Origin: Mobula hypostoma
Lineage: Eukaryota
Direction: 5' to 3'
Length of the DNA stretch: 64,000 nt
Assembly (NCBI RefSeq): GCF_963921235.1
Contig: NC_086108.1
Location: forward strand, 79,672,001-79,736,000
In this document: positions 24,823 through 36,835 of the stretch, one piece after another
Position numbering within the stretch: position 1 is the first letter of the stretch
How the letters are laid out: each line of letters opens with the position of its first letter
Made by a program: the position numbers and the translations under genes
The notes under the pieces: model-generated
Told to the model about the DNA's origin: nothing
Databases searched by the model: none
Seen by the model: only the letters and a program-made list of their open reading frames with translations

Positions 24823-25866
24823 CCCCTGGTTCTCACCTACCACCCCACCAGCCTCCGGGTCCAACATATTATTCTCCGTAACTTCTGTCACCTCCAACGG
24901 GATCCCACCACTAAGCACATCTTTCCCTACACCCCCCCCCCCCGCTTTCCGCAGGGATCACTCCCTACGCGACTCCCTTGTCCATTCGTCACCCCCATCC
25001 CTCCCAACTGATCTCCCTCCTGGCACTTATCCTTGTAAGCGGAACAAGTGCTACACATGCCCTTACACTTCCTCCCTTACCACCATTCAGGGCCCCAAAC
25101 AGTCCTTCCAGGTGAGGCGACACTTCACCTGTGAGTCGGCTGGGGTGATATACTGCGTCCGGTGCTCCCGATGTGGCCTTCTATATATTGGCGAGACCCG
25201 ACGCAGACTGGGAGACCGCTTTGCTGAACACCTACGCTCTGTCCGCCAGAGAAAGCAGGATCTCCCAGTGGCCACACATTTTAATTCCACATCCCACTCC
25301 CATTCTGACATGTCTATCCACGGCCTCCTCTACTGTAAAGATGAAGCCACACTCAGGTTGGAGGAACAACACCTTATATTCCATCTGGGTAGCCTCCAAC
25401 CTGATGGCATGAACATCGACTTCCCTAACTTCCGCTAATGCCCCACCTCCCCCTCATACCCCATCTGTCATTTATTTTTATACACACATTCTTTCTCTCA
25501 CTCTCCTTTTTCTCCCTCTGTCCCTCTGATTATTCCCTTGCCCAGCCTCTGGGTTCCTCCCCCCTTGTCTTTCTCCCTGGATCTCCTGTCCCATGATCCT
25601 CTTGTATCCCCTTTTGCCAATCACCTGTCCAGCTCTTGGCTCCATCTCTCCCCCTCCTGTCTTCTCCTATCATTTTGGATCTCCCCCTCCCCCTCCAACT
25701 TTCAAACCCCTTACTCACTCTTCCTTCAGTTAGTCCTGACGAAGGGTCTCAGCCTGAAACATCGACTGTACCTCTTCCTACAGATGCTGCCTGGCCTGCT
25801 GCGTTCACCAGCAACTTTGATGTGTGTTGCTTGAATTTCCAGCATCTGCAGAATTCCTGTTGTTTG
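24823..25866 (+). mobile_element. Penelope-like element 3' part with GIY-YIG endonuclease coding (25112..25438)
   Basis: [29 protein letters not shown]...VATHFN...RLEEQHLIFHLGSLQPDGMN; 7-bp TSD caccttt at 24816-24822 and 25867-25873. Confidence 0.92.
25727..25768 (+). ncRNA. Minimal hammerhead ribozyme motif (Penelope-associated)
   Basis: cagttagtc-CTGACGA-agggtctcagcct-GAAA-cATC-gactg. Core is intact, but the stem III palindrome is broken (ACAT). Confidence 0.6.
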
Positions 25867-26279
25867 CACCTTTATTCCCACATTTTGCCTTCTGCAATTC
25901 AGCTAATCTTCTATCCATGCTAGTGTCTTTCTGCAATACCATGGGCTCTCATCTTGTTAAGCAACCTTGTGTGGCACCTTGTCAAAAGTCTTCTGAAAAT
26001 CCAAATAAATAACACCCACTACTTTGTCATGTGCCTCCGAATACCTCAAAACCTCATCCTTAATAATGGACTCCAATATCTTCCCAACTGCTGAAGTCAG
26101 TATAACTGGCACATAATTTCCTCTCTTTTGGCTCCCTACCTTCTTAAAGAGTGGAGTGACATTTGTAATTTTTCAGTGCTCCGGAACCATTCCAGAATTC
26201 TGGGGTGTAGTCCATCTGGTCCAGGTGACTGACACAAAATACTTCCCAAATTTGCCATTTCTTTGCTCCTCCATAACTT

Positions 26280-26560
26280 GGGGTAGCACGGTAGCGTAGT
26301 GCTTAGCACAACGTTTTGTAGCACCAGCAACACAGGTTCAGTTCCCAGCATTGTCTGAAAGGAGTTTGTACGTTCTTCCTGTGACCACATCGGTTTTTTC
26401 TGGGTGCTCTGGTTTCCTCCCACATTCCAAAGAAGTATTGGTTGGTAGGTTAATTGGTCATTGCAATTCGTCCCTTGATTAAGCTAGGGTTAAATTAAGG
26501 GCTGCTGGGCAGCGCAGCTCAAAGGGCCTATTCTACACTGTATCTCAATAAATAAATAAA
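26280..26560 (+). mobile_element. tRNA-derived V-SINE-like element
   Basis: A-box-like ggtagcgtagtg, B-box-like ggttcagttcc, central gggtgctctggtttcctcccacattccaaaga and an (aata)n tail. Confidence 0.75.
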
Positions 26561-29513
26561 CAAATGACAACATCTCCAGCTTCATTTTCCAGCAGTCTGA
26601 TATCTAAGCTCACCTCTCTCTTACTCCACACAGTATATCTGAAAAGCATTTGGTATCCTCTTTGATATTATTGCTTAGCTTAACTTAATATTTAATCTTT
26701 TCCCTCTTTTTGGCTTTTTATTGTTGCCTTGTTTTTTTAATAACTTCCCAAAATTCCATCTCCCCACTAATTTTTGCTATATTATCTTTTCCTTTTATAT
26801 GTGTCTTTGACTTTCCTTGTCAGCCACAGTTCCTTCAGCATTCCTGGAATACTTCTTCATCTTTGGGTTGTTTCCATCTTGGATCTTGTGAGTAAGCCCC
26901 AGAAACTCCAGCAATTTTGCCATCATCGCTGATAATGTCCCCTTCCAATCAAGTTTGGCCAGCTCCCCTCTCATGCCTCTGTAATTCCCTTTACTCCACT
27001 GTAATACTGATACATCTGACTTTAGCTTCTCACTCTCAAATGGCAGGGTGAATTCTATCATATTATGATCACTGCCTCCTGAGGTTTCCTTTACTTCAAG
27101 TTCCCTTATCAAATCTGGTTCATTACACAAACTCAATCCAGAATTGCCTTTCCTCCAGTGCACTCAACCATCTTGTAGATGTTTTACAAATTCAGTTTCT
27201 TGGGATCCAGCACCAACCTAATTTTCCCTATCTATCTGAATATTGAAATCCACCCCCCCCCCACCACCAACTATCCTAATATTGCCCTTATCACATGCTC
27301 TTTCTATCTCCCGTTGTAATTTATATCCCATATTCGAAGGACTGTATATAACTACGTTTCTTTTTACCTTTGCAGCTTCTTAACTCTACCCACAAAGATT
27401 CTACATCTTCCAATCCTATTTTTTTTAAACCAAGAACCACCCCACCACCTCTACTTACCTGCCTGTCCTTTCGATACAAAATGTATCCTTGGATGTTAAG
27501 CTCCCAACTATGATTTTCTTTCAGCCACAACTCAGTGATGCCAACAACACCATACCTACCAATCTCTAATTGTGCTAAAAGGTTATCAACCTTAATCCAT
27601 ATGCTCTGTACATTCAAATATAACACCTTCAGTCCTGTATTCATTACCCTTATTGATTCTGCCCCCATGTTGCACTTCAACTCATCCGACTGACTGCAAT
27701 TTTGACCTATCATTTCCCTATCCTTCCTAACAGTCTCACTACACAATGCATCAACTTGCATACCAAGCGCCCCATCCTCACCCTCCAGCCAATTAACTTA
27801 AATCCTCACCAACAACCCTAGCAAACCTGCCTGCAAGGATGAAAGTCCCCCTCGGATAAAGGTGTAACCTGTCCTTTTTTATACGGGTCATACCTTCTTC
27901 CAAAGAGATCCTAATGATTCAGGAATCTGAAACCCTGCTCCTTGCACCACTTCCTCGGCCACACATTCATCCTATTTCAGCCTTGACTAGCCTCTGGCAC
28001 TAGGAATAATCTAGAGAATACTACCTTGGAGGTCCTGCTCTCCAGCCTTTTCCCTAACTCCTTAACCTCAATGCGCAGGACCCATTCTCCCTTTTTAACT
28101 ACGTCATTGGTGCAAAGGATGACCATGAGCTCCTGGTGCTCATCCTCCCTCTTGAGAAACTTCTGCAGCTGCTCCAAGACAGCTTGGACCCTAGAACCTG
28201 AGCGGCAACACCCCGTCCTGGCACCTATGTCACAGTCACAGAACCTCCTGGACATCCAGGTCCCTTACCACTATCGTTCTGCCTGACTTTACCCTTCCCT
28301 GCTGAGCCCCCCGAGCCAGCCACAGTGCTACTGGCCTGGCTGCTGTTGCTGTCCCCCGATAGGTCAAATAGTCCAATTCAATATCAGAGAATGTATACAG
28401 CATACATTGTGACATTCACAGACATCCATGATACAAGAAACCCCATAGAAATATCCGAACCCCAAAGACCCTCTCCTCCCTCCCACGCACAAGCAACAGA
28501 AGCATCAACCTTCCTCCCACCCGCTTCTTGTATCAGCCCCGCCCCCAGCAGTGTCCAAAGAGGTATTTTTGTAAGTGACAAAAAAAATTACAGAACAAAG
28601 CCAAAATCTTACTATTTTATGTTTGGAGGGGGGATAAATTGCAGTAATACATGGGAGTATAAAACTCATATTTCAAATTGTTCTGGAAAGACGATTCATA
28701 AAGTTGAGCCACACGCCTCATTTTCGTAATATGCATCTAACAGAAAATGTGAATGGAGAGTGGAAGAGAATTGATTATGTTAGAGCAGTGGATGTGTTGT
28801 ATATAGATTTTAATAAGGCATTTGAAAAGGTTCCCCATGGTAGGCTGGTTCAAAAAATTAGGAGGAATGGGATTCAGGGAAACCTGGTTGTGTGGATTCA
28901 GAACTGGTTTGTTCACAGATCGAGTGTATCCTGCCTGGATGTTGGTGACCAGCAGTGTCCCGCAGGGATCTGTTCTGGGACTACTGCTGTTTGGGATTCT
29001 TATAAATGACTTGGATAAGTAAGTGGAAAGGGAAGGGTGGTTTGTAAGTTTGCAGATGACACAAAGGTTGGTAGAGTTATGGATAGTGTAGAAGGTTGTT
29101 GAAGGTTACAAAGGGACATTGAAAGGATGCAGAGCTGCGCTGAGAGTTGGCAGATGGACTTCAATCTGGAAAAGTGTGGAAATAATTCACTTTGGAAGGT
29201 CAAATGAAAGCAGAGCATAGGGTTAATGTCAGGATTCTGAACAGTGTGGAGGAACGGGGGATCTTAGGGTTCACATCCATAATTTGTTCAAAGTAGTAGC
29301 TTTGTTTATAGAGTGGTTAATGGTGCTTGGTGCGTAAGCCTTCATTAGTGGGGGGGGGGGGAAGGAGGATTTCTTTCCAAGAGCCATGAGGTAATGTTGC
29401 AGCTTTAGAGCACACTTGAAGTATTGATCACCTCCTTATCGGAAGGATGTTGAAGCTTTAGAGATGGTGCAGAGATTTACCAGGATGCTGCCTGAATTAG
29501 AAAACATGTCTTA

Positions 29514-30814
29514 GTCATAGTCATAGAAACATAGAAACAAAGAAAATAGGTGCAGGAGGCGGCCATTCGGCCCTTTGAGCCTGCACCACCATTCAGTATG
29601 ATCATGGCTGATCATCCAACTCAGAACCCTGCACCAGCCTTCCCTCCATACCCCGTGATCCCTTTAGCCACAAGGGCCATATCTAACTCCCTCTTAAATA
29701 TAGCCAATGAACTGGCCTCAACTGCTTCCTGTGGCAGAGAATTCCACAGATTCACCACTCTCCGTGTGAAGAAGTTTTTCCTAATCTCGGTCCTAAAAGG
29801 CTTCCCCTTTATCCTCAAACTGTGACCCCTCGTTCTGGACTTCCCCAACATAGTCATACTTTATTGATCCCGGGGGAAATTGGTTTTTGTTACAGTTGCA
29901 CCATAAATAATAATAGTAATAAAACCATAAATAGTTAAATAGTAATATGTAAATATGTAAATTGTGCCAGGAAATAAGTCCAGGACCAGCCTATTGGCTC
30001 AGGGTATCTGACCCTCCAAGGGAGGAGTTGTAAAGTTTGATGGCCACAGGCAGGAATGACTTCCTATGACGCTCTGTGTTGCATCTCGGTGGAATGAGTC
30101 TCTGGCTGAATGTACTCCTGTGCTCAACCAGTACATTATATAGTGGATGGGAGACATTGTCCAAGATGGCATGCAACTTGGACAGCATCCTCTTTTCAGA
30201 CACCACCATCAGAGAGTCCAGTTCCATCCCCACAACATCACTGGCCTTACGAATAAGTTTGTTGATTCTGTTGGTGTCTGCTACCCTCAGCCTGCTGCCC
30301 CAGCACACAACAGGAAACATGATAGCACTGGCCACCACAGACTTGTAGAACATCCTCAGCGTCGTCCAGCAGATGTTAAAGGACCTCAGTCTCCTCAGGA
30401 AATAGAGGTGGCTCTGACCCTTCTTGTAGACAGCCTCGGTGTTCTTTGACCAGTCCAGTTTATTGTCAATTCGTATCCCCAGGTATTTGTAATCCTCCAC
30501 CATGTCCACACTGACCCCCTGGATGGAAACAGGGGGCACCGGTACCTTAGCTCTTCTCAGGTCTACCACCAGCTCCTTAATCTTTTTCACATTAAGCTGC
30601 AGATAATTTTGCTCACACCATGTGACGAAGTTTCCTACCGTAGCCCTGTACTCAGCCTCATCTCCCTTGCTGATGCATCCAACTATGGCAGAGTCATCCG
30701 AAAACTTCTGAAGATGACAAGACTCTGTGCAGTAGTTGAAGTCCGAGGTGTAAATGGTGAAGAGAAAGGGAGACAAGACAGCCCCCTGTGGAGCCCCAGT
30801 GCTGCTGATCACTC
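29514..30814 (-). mobile_element. Rex1/Babar-type LINE, 5'-truncated, with open RT C-terminal ORF (30812..29991)
   Basis: STGAPQGAVLSPFLFTIYTSDF...LQKFSDDSAIVGCI...YLGIRIDNKLDW; (tatgac)n tail; 7-bp TSD tgtctta at 29507-29513 and 30815-30821. Confidence 0.88.
29526..29848 (-). mobile_element. Short 3' copy of the young CR1 family, inserted in the Rex/Babar tail
   Basis: Near-identical reverse complement of ~50275-50598; flanked by catagtcata at 29516-29525 and 29849-29858. Confidence 0.9.
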
Positions 30815-32529
30815 TGTCTTATGAAGACAGGTTGAGTAAACTAGGGGTTTTCCCTTTGGAGATAAGGAGGATGAAAGGTGACTTGATAAAGGTGTAAAAG
30901 ATGATAAGACTGTAAGACCATAAGAGGCATACAAGATAATAAGATGATAAAGTGGACAGTCAGAAACATTTTCCAAGGGCAGAAATGGATAATATGAGGC
31001 AAAATAACTTTAAGGTATTTGGAGGAAAACATGGGTGGTGGGGGGGGAACATCAGACAAAGTTTTTTTTAAGAAAGACAGAGTGGTAGGTGTGTGGAATG
31101 TGCTGCTAGGGGTCATGGTAGAGACAGATACAACAGGGTATTTAAGGTGCTCTTAGACAGGCACATGGATGAAAGTAAAATGGAGGGCTATGTGGGAGGG
31201 AAGGGTTAGATTGATCTTGGAGTGGGTTAAAGGGTCCACACAACATGTCTGAGGGAAAGGTCTGTACTGTGCTGAACTGTTCTATGTCAAAGATATTTTC
31301 GCTGAATTGTTATTCTTCATTATTTGTAGATAAGCAAGTCACTGCAGCAAGCACCAAGGACATTTTGTGGGCTGGATTACTAGGAAAGTCTGCAGTGGAA
31401 TATATCCTAAAAAGGTTTCTAAAACTAGTGTTTAGATATTATTTTTGGTTCAAATATACAACATTGGTCCTCAAAGGAGCATTCAGATGAAAGCTGCAGC
31501 AAGGCCCATTGTTTGGCACATATACACAAAAACAAAAAATCATTGCGCAATGTTTGAAGAGCTCATAGCATAACTTTTAACCACTTCAATTGATCAACTC
31601 CCTACGGCAGATTTTTCCTTCTCTTGAAACGCCTGCTGGACTTACAACTATGTCTCGGAGGGATGCTCCTATTGTGCAATGTATTTCTGTCAGTCATTGA
31701 AGTTCAAGGAGTATGTCTGAGATTACAGCAAGATAAAGAGCAAGGAAAATGTAATCATTTCCTGGTCCCAAAAAAATCCATTTAAAAAAAAACAGGTTAT
31801 TCAGCCAAGACCTTTTCAAGATGAAACACAACAGATTAAAGCAATACGTACCCTGCCTAATTCTAAACGTTCCCCCCCCCCACCCATCAATAACCACCAG
31901 CCATTCATAGAACAGCACAGCAGAAGATAGAGGCTATTTTCTCCATCAAGACTAATTCATAGATTACTCCTGATCCATCCACTCAACTACAGTTCCTGCA
32001 GTTTTCCCTTTATAGCATTTATCCAATTCACATTTGAAGTCGGCCATTAAATCTTTTTCCAATGCCTTTTCAGGCAAAGCAATCCAAGTTTATCAGATTG
32101 GGTAATTTGTTATAAAAACCATTCAAACCAGTAGGATTAGGCTATTTGGCCCTTGGAACTTGCATTGAATTAAACCATGGGCAATCTGATTGTAACCTCA
32201 GTGTGGTCACCTTCATTCTCTTACTAATAAATATCTACTCTAATTTATATATATTGAGATTCTACTTCAACTTTGAGAGTTCCATAAACTCATGACTTCA
32301 CGTTTCTGCCGCCACTCTTGAACAGTGACCTATAATTCCAGTGCAAGAGGAAACATACTCAATGCATCCACCCATCCTGTCATGATCCCATATGTTTCAA
32401 TCAAGCCATTTCTTTCAAGTTTACATTCCAGTCAATAAAGTCTTGCTTTTTCAATTTTTCCTCAGATACAACTTGCCCCTTTCAAAAGTAGAGTAGCCAT
32501 GATTTTTGTGAATCATGCTGCAAGACGCT

Positions 32530-33330
32530 GTTTCCTCTGTATTTGACACCACTGTCATTGAATTAATTACCAGAGGTGACGAAGCCAAATACCACCAGGG
32601 AGTAAACAAGTCAGTGAACTGGTGCAATCAGAACAACTTGGATCTGAACGCTCTCAACTGTGGAGGTGTATATTGTCTTCATGAGAAATGTGTCTCCTCT
32701 CCATTCACTCATCATTAGCAACTCTCCTGTCAGCACCATTTCAACAGTCAGGTTCCTGGGGATCATTATTTCACAGGATCTCATGTGGAACTGTATCTCC
32801 TTCATTAACAAAAAGGCTTGGCAGAGCATGTACTTCTAAAAATCCATCTTCCCCGGAACAAACAGGTACAAATCTACACTGCCATCATAGAGAGCATCCA
32901 CACATCAGCCATCATCACTATCAGGTTTGGTGCAGCATCGTCTCACAATATACAAGAACTACAGCAAACTGTCAGGTCAGCTGGAAAGGTCATTGGCTGC
33001 AATCTACCATCACTGCAGTACAGTACTAGTAAATGCCCAGGACAAAGCGGGCAGGAAATCATTGTGGACACTACCCTCCCAGCAAATTTCCAAAAGCTCC
33101 CCACCTCCCACTATCTATTACCCCAATCACTGCACTGCATTCACTTTAGACTACTTTTTATAATGTACTGTTGGTAGTTATGTATATTTTATTTCATATC
33201 CGTACTTTAGTATCCAACTTTATTTTTACATAACACTTTGTAATTGTTGACTGTTCTTGTCGCCTGTCATGCCAACACACCACAGCAAATTCCTATACAT
33301 GCAAATGGACATGGCAAATAAAGTTACTCC
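32530..33330 (+). mobile_element. Degenerate Rex/Babar-type LINE 3' fragment
   Basis: DTTVIELITRGDEAKY...WCNQNNLDLN and YTAIIESI...LQQTVRSAGKVIGCNLPSLQ. Confidence 0.7.
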
Positions 33331-33979
33331 TTGATTTCAGAGCTCTGTAGTTTAAGTGTTGCATTTTAAATTTGCCTGCCAAATGAACAATTTACATTTT
33401 CCACATTGTGCTCGCTTCATCAGTTCTTTGTGCACCTGCTTAACCTATCTGTATCCCTTTGAAGCCTTGTCATCAACAAATTAAGCAATTTTCATTTATG
33501 TGCCAATTCATTTATATAAAAACTGTGAAATAAAACAATCACCAGATCCCTGTGGCACACCACTTGTTACATTTTGCAAAATTGACCCATTTATATACAT
33601 TTATCCTTATCAGCCAACCCATCCTGCCAAAATATTGCCTCAGTGAGCTTATTTTCTGTAATAACCATTAATGTTACATCTTATCAGATGCCTTCTAGAA
33701 ATCTTAGTAAATCTACCAGCTCCTATTTATCTTCAAAATACAACTTCTTTAAAGAACTCTAATAAATTGGTCAAATATGATCTCCCTTTCACAAATCCAG
33801 AAAAGCAAATAAACACTTGACAAATAAAACAGAAAGCTGGAAGTTATAATAAGTTTAACAGCTGAAAAGAAGCAAGCTGGGTATAATTGGCAAATGCTAT
33901 ACTTGCTTTATACTTGTGCCTGTAAGGCTACGCACAGCTCCTATAGCATATTTCAGTTTGCTAATATTTTCAGCTTGGA

Positions 33980-34583
33980 ATTGTTGAGGAAACAATGAAT
34001 TCAAAATTGTATCAAGACATTTTACAGGAGAATGTTAGGGTAGCAGTCCGTCACCGGAAGCTGATTAGAAGTTGGATAATGCAACAAGACAATGATCCGA
34101 AATACAAGAGTAAATCAACAACAGAATAGTTTAAGAGGAAGAAAATTCGAGTCAAAAGTCCTGATCTTGATCCTATAGAAATGTTGTGGAAGGATTCAAA
34201 GTAAGCAGTTCACGCAAGGAAGCCCATCAATATCCCAGAATTGAAGCAGTTTTGTAAGGAGGAATGGCCTAAAATTCCTAAAAGTCGATGTGCAGGACTG
34301 AGAAACAGTTGCTGGAATTGTTTAGTTGAAGTTATTACTGTATAAGTAGGTTAAACCAGTTACCGAAAGCAAGTTTCAGAGACTTTTTTTCCCAACAAAT
34401 ACATGTAATATTAGATAATTTTCTCATTAAATAAATGAACATGTATAATATTTTTGCGTTATTTATTTAATTGGGCTCTCTTTATGTAGCTTTAGGATTT
34501 ACGTGGAGATATGATCATATTGGTTACATTTATGCAGAAATAATGAAAATTCTACATGGTTCACAAACTTTCTAGCATCACTG
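33980..34583 (+). mobile_element. Tc1-like transposon 3' half (degenerate)
   Basis: Translates MQQDNDPKYKSKST...SPDLDPIEMLW...LKQFCKEEWPKIP; ends ggttcacaaactttctagcatcactg followed by TA. Confidence 0.85.
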
Positions 34584-36148
34584 TAGTTAAATGACAATAA
34601 ACTTGACTTAACCTGACTTTTCAATTCAGACTCCCTTCCCTATTCATCTACCGTCCTTCAACTCATGCACATTGTCCATATGTACAAAAATGCTAAGGTT
34701 GGGACAAGTTGCTTGTCAGTTTTGTTAAAAGACAGAATGACGCTTGGGAAGAGGAGTACAAAATAAAACAAAAGCTAGAATAAAATCTCTGGGATACTTC
34801 ATCTCCACAATTTCTCAGCTGTTTTCGATCAATGTTCCGATATTTCTAAGTTGACATGAAAAGAAATAAATATATATAGACAGATGGTAGGAAATACTTT
34901 CCATGGCAAGGGGAAAATTTAAACTAATATTTTCAATTTTTAAAAATTACACTACATAACACAGATGGTATTATTAAGAAACATACTTGAAGTCTGAGAT
35001 TTGTTTCTGCTGTCTCAAGTCTTCATAATGTCATTTAAAAAATTCCTTTCCCATCATGAAATCCTGTTGAGTCTGCAAACATGCCCAGTGTTCCAGTTGC
35101 TCGTCAATCCAGTGAATTTACAGATCTGCAGGTCTGTTCATTAAGTCTTTCATATATGAATTTAATTTTAAAATACAAATTTAATCCTATTTTCTATTAC
35201 ATGAAAGTGTTTTCCCTTCCTCATTTAAAAGAGAAACTTACTTTTAATTCCATGAAGTGTTGTGTCAGCTGTTTTTTTCTGTGACAGCACATCTGTGCAG
35301 ATGAGATTCTGATATTGTTAGACTTTTATGCTGGTGCTCTCATTTAAATGAGGAACTCCAAACTCTTTTAAAGGGTGCAGGGGTCACCTTATGTATATGT
35401 AAAGATATGATAGAAGAGTGGAAAAAAAAGCCGACTACTGAGGAATTTCAAATAAAGAAGATAGATTACTCCGCATTGTCTCATGGGATTAACTAATAGT
35501 ATTTTATAATTTTAAATGAAATAAAAAAGTAGCTGTCTAGGCAAAAAGAGACAGGAGCAGATTTAAGCATTCAGAATTGAATCTTTCATTTTAATAGCGC
35601 ACCATAGTAAAGGGCTTTAAGATTCTGATTTCTGCATATTGGCCCATTTAGTTAATAAGGCAACAATAATGCAGTTGAGTAACTTTGTTCTTCATTCTCA
35701 TCTTTCATTCCAAACAGACCAATGGGGGACGGCAAGTTAGTTAATACCAATGTTGACTTCAAAGCCATGATTTATGTTGTATACAAAATGGCTTACAGGA
35801 GATTGAATTAATGATCAAATACTACAGGCTATTATAATCTATAATGTACTAAAGATCAAATGCCAAAACTAAGATCAGACTAAGAATATAAGCTTTCACA
35901 AGTGCAGTAATGTAGAATAATTGCAAGAGCTTCCAAAAAAACAGACAAGGGAAAGAAATGAGACCATGAAATTACTCTGAAGGTTTATCTGCTATGCTCC
36001 TAAGATACAAAAGTAAATGGTTTCTAAACCAAAATACAAAGTAAATACAGTTTGACCAGATAGAGCTTTAAATAAATGTCATGTAGAAAGAATAGACTAC
36101 TAAATAAACATCTTCCAAAGATACTGCAAGAAAGATGAGCTACCTTAC

Positions 36149-36286
36149 CATTGGCACTTGATTTATTGCTGAGGCCTTTAGTTTTTCCTTTACTTGTTGG
36201 GCAATCTCTCTGAGGTAGGGGAGAGAAAATTCCCTGAACTGCTCATATCCCAAATGGCCAGCATGAGATTCAAACACTTGCAGCGC
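36149..36286 (-). CDS. UROD: UROD coding exon 7 (138 bp)
   Basis: tttcacag|GCG CTG...CCA ATG|gtaagg; translates ALQVFESHAGHLGYEQFREFSLPYLREIAQQVKEKLKASAINQVPM. Confidence 0.96.
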
Positions 36287-36835
36287 CTGTGAAACAAAAA
36301 AAGGAAGTTATTTCAAAGAAGAGAGAAATAAAATACATCAGAAACTCTGATACAACATTTTATTCATAATTCTTTCTAGTACAAGGTCACCAGCCTTCAC
36401 TAACCCATAATCAAATCTCATTTTCAACATATATCAACCACAGATTTTTCATTCTGCTTTTAAAGAGCAACATGATCTTGTTGAACGGTGGGGCAGACTT
36501 GAGGGGCTGATTGACCAATTTTGAATCATGCCTCTTATACTGTCAGCATTTGACAAAATCAAGCACTGTTTTATTCTTGTAAAAAATACTCACACACATG
36601 CACTTTCTTGTAGGGATCAGTGTAAATTTGATGCAGAAGTCATGGCTAATTTTTCGTCCTTTGTTCTGAAGGCACTGGGGCAGCTTCTGAGGAGCCACTA
36701 CCAAGGCACAGCTGATAGCAACTAATAGTACTGACAAGGGGTCGATGCTAGCTCCTATAAGCTTCTGGTTCTGCCAGTCAGAAAATAATCTTAAATCAGA
36801 AACAAGAGGTTCTGTAGATGCTGGAAATGCAGAGT

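Larger units (their letters stand above)
23822..28365 (-). mobile_element. Long degenerate CR1 LINE with ORF1 esterase and ORF2 endonuclease/RT remnants; hosts a Penelope-like element and a SINE
   Basis: ORF 27977..28255 resembles the CR1 ORF1 esterase (CC..GSRV...TND...RLESRTSKVV); 27321..27761 is the APE endonuclease start (LKVLYLN...GITELWL...RKDRQVSRGGGV); 26795..27163 has GGSDHNMIEF. Confidence 0.85.
28770..31290 (+). mobile_element. Degenerate CR1 LINE, split by a nested Rex/Babar + CR1 insertion
   Basis: RAVDVLYIDFNKAFEKVPHGRLVQKI and [12 protein letters not shown]; the host sequence resumes after 30815. Confidence 0.85.

Noticed and set aside
25530..25923. Recurrent ORFs such as LPLPLQLSNPLLTLPSVSPDEGS...
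   Set aside because: They are incidental frames in the pyrimidine-rich Penelope 3' UTR and recur only because the element is repeated.
26280..26350. tRNA gene
   Set aside because: It has A/B-box-like motifs but no cloverleaf, and continues into a SINE body and tail.
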